Shown: positions 59,701-64,000 of the stretch, piece by piece
How positions within the stretch are numbered: position 1 is the stretch's first letter
How the letters are laid out: the number at the start of each line of letters is the position of its first letter
IMG/VR virus record: IMGVR_UViG_3300042935_001795
Location: 1 to 64,000 of that record
DNA: 64,000 bases
From: a virus
Direction: 5' to 3' (one strand)
Position numbers and translations under genes: made by a program
Notes under the pieces: model-generated
Database searches by the model: none
What the model was told of the DNA's origin: nothing
What the model saw: only the letters and a program-made list of their open reading frames with translations

Positions 59701-61322
59701 TTTAACCCAATGTCATTAAATTCACCATCGTCAACTGTAATAAAATCAACTAAATTAGTATTGTATACTCCGAACGCAGTCTGTCTTCTCTTGTTTCCAG
59801 CGGAAATCTCTTCAATAATTATCGAAGTATCGATAACTTTTGTTTTGTATGTTATAATTTCTCCATTGTTAATCGCAGCCGCAATTGCTATTGCTATTTG
59901 CTGCAAGCTTCCTAGGTTTGAAAACTTATTTCCGGCCGCTCTAGCCGCAGGCAGTGACGGGTCTGCAATAATAAGATAGTCTCCTAAATTGTATTGCGAA
60001 ATTTTAATCTCAGTTTTATCTCCAATAAAAATTCTATCATTAACACTTGGAACATCTTTTATAGTCACTTTAATAAATCCTTTATAACTCGGTTCTTTTA
60101 GATCTGCAGTTATTTTGTTTCCATTTTTTGCAAATCCAATAAAAGATTTTCCATCGTTATTATTTGGAGAGATTAACAATTTATAAGACCATACTTCAGG
60201 TATAGAAAGTCCCGGATTACCTTCACTAATTAATTTTCTAAATGAATTTTTTATATTATAAAAAGTGCCTGCTTTATCTTTAACATATTGTAGAGATGGA
60301 ACCAAAAATTGTTCACTTCCTGGAAACATTTCAACATCAGTAATTGAAAATCGACTTAAATCATAAAAGGTTTTATAACTAGAATATTCAACGCTTAATT
60401 GACCATCTACGCTGAGTCCAATTGAACCAAAGTTTCCTTCATCAATATCATCTGCATAAATACCAAAGTATCTATATATTTTATAGTTCTCTGCGGTATA
60501 GTCGTCAAATAAGAACTCTAAATTAATTATATTAGCGGAAACAATTCCATTTCTTTCAAGACCATTTGTAATGGTTTGATTGCTAAAAATTTCAGGATAG
60601 TCAACTTGAATATAGTCTCTATCTAATTGTTCGGTTTTAGCAGTAAATCCGCCATTAACAATATCAATGCCATTAAACGTTGATTGAGAACCTTCTTTAA
60701 AGTTTATTGAAAGTAATGAGTTTGGAAATCTTTTATCGTTAACATGTGTATTTAAGTATTCTCCAATTTTTGAAGATTTGCTCAAATCAAATGTCTTAAT
60801 TATTGTTGCATTTTTAAGAAGTTCCAGAATCCTAGAATTTTGTCCAGTGGTATCTTCTGTATAATCATTTTTATAATCAACGTCCTCGATTCTATAAATT
60901 ATAAATTTAGAGGGTACTTCTTTTTCAAGCCAAATTGGAGCAAATATTTTATATTGCTCATCATATAATTTAGTAGTGTTTTGAATTGCACCATATTGGT
61001 ACTGGTCTTCGTATTGAAATTCATAATCAGAAAACAGGGTAATATCTGAAGATGTTCTAAGAGTTTCATATCTTTGGGTTAATGGAAGATTTCTATAAAA
61101 ATTAGCAATATCGATAGAATATATTCCCGAAGATTTAATCTCATATTTTTGAAATTTAATTTTAGAAAGTTGTTTATTTGCTCTAAAAGAACTTAAAAAC
61201 AAGTCGCCATTTGAGTTAACAAGTAACTTTGAATTACTTGTTAACTTTGGGTTTGTTCTCAATAAAGCAAAAGATTTATTATCTATTGAATTGTTTACAG
61301 CACTAGTATTAATTATAGCCAT
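56754..61322 (-). CDS. Large putative structural (tail/baseplate) protein
   Basis: 1522-aa ORF with a late promoter at 61348, in the structural gene block. Confidence 0.6.
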   Translation of the reverse strand: MAIINTSAVNNSIDNKSFALLRTNPKLTSNSKLLVNSNGDLFLSSFRANKQLSKIKFQKYEIKSSGIYSIDIANFYRNLPLTQRYETLRTSSDITLFSDYEFQYEDQYQYGAIQNTTKLYDEQYKIFAPIWLEKEVPSKFIIYRIEDVDYKNDYTEDTTGQNSRILELLKNATIIKTFDLSKSSKIGEYLNTHVNDKRFPNSLLSINFKEGSQSTFNGIDIVNGGFTAKTEQLDRDYIQVDYPEIFSNQTITNGLERNGIVSANIINLEFLFDDYTAENYKIYRYFGIYADDIDEGNFGSIGLSVDGQLSVEYSSYKTFYDLSRFSITDVEMFPGSEQFLVPSLQYVKDKAGTFYNIKNSFRKLISEGNPGLSIPEVWSYKLLISPNNNDGKSFIGFAKNGNKITADLKEPSYKGFIKVTIKDVPSVNDRIFIGDKTEIKISQYNLGDYLIIADPSLPAARAAGNKFSNLGSLQQIAIAIAAAINNGEIITYKTKVIDTSIIIEEISAGNKRRQTAFGVYNTNLVDFITVDDGEFNDIGLKTNIVNPNNWNIWTTIAGANEGQSVLVKSSEIGNVQVGEYLKQKDSDKFVRIIEVNQDPFDPDYYRVILNNSTKLSNDRVYEVYDEYKTVHGKFAAYDFKDFDFDFYSTRNSDLGDLVYDKYTYPNPAYKNPIDTPDVPKLLTGTGTVGDITFYSGLRDILSSETSKTVTKSVLLSEYDRLKENSLKETALLSRMVPTICKYELKDALNARNLPYVLNVNEAFGDDNLSPNIEIDSKRNVEYLNMEHFHLNRIPTNILGDRKDLNNYLDFANDGGLNLLKLESTTFNYFDKHFNWTGYYDSSDLLQTWFNNAYKRLWSKFDIGNFEKNSSTVFRGLRYVYQKRKEITSDIPTEFLNGIDISDYKFGAYLSYNIVPDLGNGTIPSNSIVFNCVKNDKFKFICVNIQLNVIENDIAEDELNRYLLYTLTDLTLAGDIIDTRIPFRIDFAGSAPDEDSQPDVPFIIKASDISIQDGTAKFTDFVKRNSSGEYSWIYFSVSGVAYAIKVVDVIDDTSILVSGHPWKFDINLAVPILNEDDGNLSRLNPQLMSLVPLIGPFRYSRGGENEFANLLDSISAYRYSKRFNSFEQINYITITEDGTRIDNDFVLSIESGVDVVNPSIVQPAADPERPKAYRLSSSQIGNIIEDREDGGYATILRRMNGDYNPIFNNIITFSEIDPYFKIGFGNIPPNPSTIVYDQLNGKGISFDSFKENTTNYGFINNYFYHKVNEKDSKNILKLSQTTDKLPLYPMIGEIAIDKKNINVFKSKYAKDYFTRALSAGESETTNGTLSPVEKKTFMTSTVMKVRDTYDITKFDNIKEASIKSLDKIRFVRSNKASIHWIEDESQVIADFYLSTAILNELIEDGIENNFRRYVNPLNSYGDKSSIKDDLQIYSNSNISPRFIIDSIKIYGIPGKRGKGLFNQLSQTQFVSVTQTSQLTADNYVELTNFNIQSYQNDGLSFRLIYNKKYGYSYKFKVHIKIQA

Positions 61323-61389
61323 CTAGGACACCTCTTTTTATTTATATTATATATCCCAGATTATAGGAAAACATAAAGAGGCAGAATTC

Positions 61390-64000
61390 TTAATAAAACC
61401 TATTAATATCCGGGAAAGAAAGATTCATAAAACTAGAAGTTAACCATCTACGTCTTCCTCTTCCTGGTTGATAATTGTTTTGATATGTTGTCAACATCGT
61501 GCTTGTTACATTATTAATGTTTCTACCTTCAGCTGCATATTTAGCAGTTACTTCAACATCAAATTTAAAATCTTCTCCTCCAAAAATATCGATATCGATT
61601 CCTATTTTTTTCGCGTAACTTAGGTTTGTAAAAGTATTATCTAAAATTCCACCAATTCTACCGGTTCCGGTCGCTGCAGGTCCATAATAATCAGTCATAC
61701 GATATTGGTATACTAAGTCAACCGATATTGCGTTTCCGCTTCCTCCTTTAATTATCTTTTTACCACTTTTATTAGAAGCATCTACCGCCAATGAAGTAGT
61801 GTTTAATGGAGAAAGGTAAAGAAAAGATCCGCACGATCTTCCACCTAATAAGTATTGATCTTCTGGAGAGAATCCAGCCTTACAAGTTTGTCTTATACCC
61901 GGCACAGCCCCATTAGTACTGCTATACGTGCTTACGGTACCAATTATTCTAAGAGGTGTTTGTTTTTTACCGAATATATCTGTTGCTCTTAAGGGTGCAG
62001 TTTTCGGCATTCCAACAATTCCATTACTTGCAATTTGTTTTAAAGTAGTACCCACTCCAGCGTTATCATTATATGTTTGTAAAAGAGGATGGTCGACGTG
62101 CATATAAATACCATTTGAGTATTTAGAATAGGTTATGTCAGATCCAATTGCAACTTTTTGAGGAGTTGTTCCGCTAAAACCTCCAGACCATACAAAATCG
62201 TTTGGACTAGCAGATACTGGAAGAAATGGAGTTGCAGTTACATTTGAAAAGTTTTTAAATCCAGTGGTATCTACCGGAACCGGAGTAAATGTATATGAAA
62301 TTCCATATTCATAAGTGTCATACGCACTATTTGTGCCCAAATCACTCGCTGTATTAATGTTTCCATCTACACCTTCGGTAATTACATATAAATTATCGTC
62401 GTTTGCAATATTTCTAAATCTAGAGTAAACAAATTGTCCCTTTAACTGAGACGACTGATCAGGGCCACTATTAATATATTCATTTTCATCAGCAGTAGAA
62501 ATATTTTGATAAACTACAGGAACTAAATCATATTTGCCTTCTACTGTATAATATGTATTACTACCATAAACTGAATCAATTGAATTAATTAATGTTCCAA
62601 GTCCAAATATAGTATTACTTGTAGAAACCGGAGCTGGAAGCTTTGTGTCTCCCACAATTCTAGATATTAACTCAAGGTCAGAAGCTTTAGTATTTGATAA
62701 TTCAATTTTAAAGTTTTTAGTAACGATTGCTCCTTTTCCATTAGTTTTTGGAATTTCTTGACTATAGTAACCTGCAAACAACTGCACTGTTGAGTTATTT
62801 GTTACTGGTGTAACGTTTCCGTTTTCATCAATAATTCTTACAAGTAATTCTCCAGTTGTTTTCTCAATAACCGCTCTTAAGCTAAGAACCTCATTTTGAA
62901 GAGCTAATAGCTTTTCATAAACAGTGATTGGTGCTTGATTATCGGTTATAAATCCGGAAGATATTGTATTTGCACTATGCGCAAATGTTTGACTACCAAC
63001 CGTAAAAGATTCTGCAACGTGTTGGAATACACCTGCAGATTCTAAGTCCTGTTGTATTTGTACTTTTAATAGGTCAAGTTCATTAGCTTTAATAACATTT
63101 CCTAAATTATCGGTGTTAATTTCACCTTGTGGAAATTCGATTTTTTGAATTAACGACCATTCAGATTCTAAAGGATTCGCCGGGAATCCAGCTTCAGAAA
63201 TCGATTTAATCATAAATTCAACAACTTCACCCGGGTTAATTGCAATATCAAAAGAGTTAAAGTTTACTGCATTAGCATCTTCTTCACTTTCAAGAATCCA
63301 TCCATATTTTCCATTAGCATCCATTGCTCTCTTTCGAACAGGTCCATGGACCTCTACCCAATTTGAAAAAGCAGCTGTTTTTTCAGTTTGGTTTGTCGCA
63401 TCTACAAATTTAAGTTGATCGATATTTGAAGTTTTTCCAGAAGTAGAAACGTAGCGATATCTAATTTTAAATTGAACAACTTCCTGTGATACTTGGTTTC
63501 CAATCCTTTTAGGTTCCGGAACCGCCCAAAATCCTCTAACTTTATATTTTGGAGCTACTGTTTGTAGGTCTGAAGATTCTGCTGAAGATTTAATTTCACT
63601 AACAACTGAAGAGAAAAGTTTTGATTCAGATTCTCTTTGAGTAACTAGCGAGTTTAATTCATTTTTATGAGTATCGCTTTCTGCCTGAGACGCAAATTTC
63701 TTAGTATTAATTAAAGATTTTTTCTGTTTGATAGATTCATCAAGTTGTTTTAATGATTGCTCTGTTGATGATTTATCAGACTTTAATTGTTTAATTTTAT
63801 CAGTTGTTGTATTGTCAGTTAAGTGCTTATTAATTTGAACAACTTTAAAGTTTTCAACATTAATAACTGGGGGTGTTGGCATAATTCCAGAAGCTGCAGG
63901 CGGAATATAATCTACCTTTAGCGATTTAAGGAATTGTCCAAAATCTGCAACTTCGTTTTTATAATATTCTGCTAGGGTCATTTTAGTACCTGTAGAGTCG
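61390..64000 (-). CDS. Large putative structural protein with a coiled coil; 5' end probably outside the window
   Basis: The frame stays open upstream of the ATG at 63981 to the window edge. Confidence 0.6.
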   Translation of the reverse strand, partial: DSTGTKMTLAEYYKNEVADFGQFLKSLKVDYIPPAASGIMPTPPVINVENFKVVQINKHLTDNTTTDKIKQLKSDKSSTEQSLKQLDESIKQKKSLINTKKFASQAESDTHKNELNSLVTQRESESKLFSSVVSEIKSSAESSDLQTVAPKYKVRGFWAVPEPKRIGNQVSQEVVQFKIRYRYVSTSGKTSNIDQLKFVDATNQTEKTAAFSNWVEVHGPVRKRAMDANGKYGWILESEEDANAVNFNSFDIAINPGEVVEFMIKSISEAGFPANPLESEWSLIQKIEFPQGEINTDNLGNVIKANELDLLKVQIQQDLESAGVFQHVAESFTVGSQTFAHSANTISSGFITDNQAPITVYEKLLALQNEVLSLRAVIEKTTGELLVRIIDENGNVTPVTNNSTVQLFAGYYSQEIPKTNGKGAIVTKNFKIELSNTKASDLELISRIVGDTKLPAPVSTSNTIFGLGTLINSIDSVYGSNTYYTVEGKYDLVPVVYQNISTADENEYINSGPDQSSQLKGQFVYSRFRNIANDDNLYVITEGVDGNINTASDLGTNSAYDTYEYGISYTFTPVPVDTTGFKNFSNVTATPFLPVSASPNDFVWSGGFSGTTPQKVAIGSDITYSKYSNGIYMHVDHPLLQTYNDNAGVGTTLKQIASNGIVGMPKTAPLRATDIFGKKQTPLRIIGTVSTYSSTNGAVPGIRQTCKAGFSPEDQYLLGGRSCGSFLYLSPLNTTSLAVDASNKSGKKIIKGGSGNAISVDLVYQYRMTDYYGPAATGTGRIGGILDNTFTNLSYAKKIGIDIDIFGGEDFKFDVEVTAKYAAEGRNINNVTSTMLTTYQNNYQPGRGRRRWLTSSFMNLSFPDINRFY

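Noticed and set aside
8532-59979. Numerous 60-115 aa ORFs nested in or antisense to long genes
   Set aside because: They overlap well-supported genes and have no motifs; such ORFs are expected by chance.
1-64000. Stop-codon reassignment, as seen in some jumbo phages
   Set aside because: Core genes are full length in the standard code, and TAA, TAG and TGA all serve as stops.

Overview
A 64-kb segment of an AT-rich, T4-related jumbo myophage genome. Essentially all genes are on the minus strand and use the standard genetic code. The host is probably in the Bacteroidota, inferred from a class Id-type RNR beta subunit, Bacteroidota-like -7 promoter boxes and the lack of obvious SD sites. The window contains: (i) T4-like replication and recombination genes (gp46/47, gp41, UvsX/Y/W, clamp, primase, gp32, a RuvC-like nuclease and a DNA polymerase B split into two distant genes); (ii) a candidate novel DNA hypermodification cluster (dCTP/dUTPase, 5-hmdU DNA kinase-like protein, T4 beta-glucosyltransferase-like protein, HAD phosphatase, myo-inositol-1-phosphate synthase, FkbM methyltransferase, a BGT-N/SGNH fusion, DUF6378); (iii) a Ro60/TROVE-like vWA gene followed by two Y-RNA-like stem units that share a TACAGCAA motif and have their own promoter and terminator; (iv) about 14 proteins with T4-type capsid-targeting motifs, including enzymes and apparent polyproteins; (v) a minimal PolX/ligase operon; (vi) tail, collagen-fibre and other structural genes. 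All family assignments come from motif recognition by eye, not from database searches.
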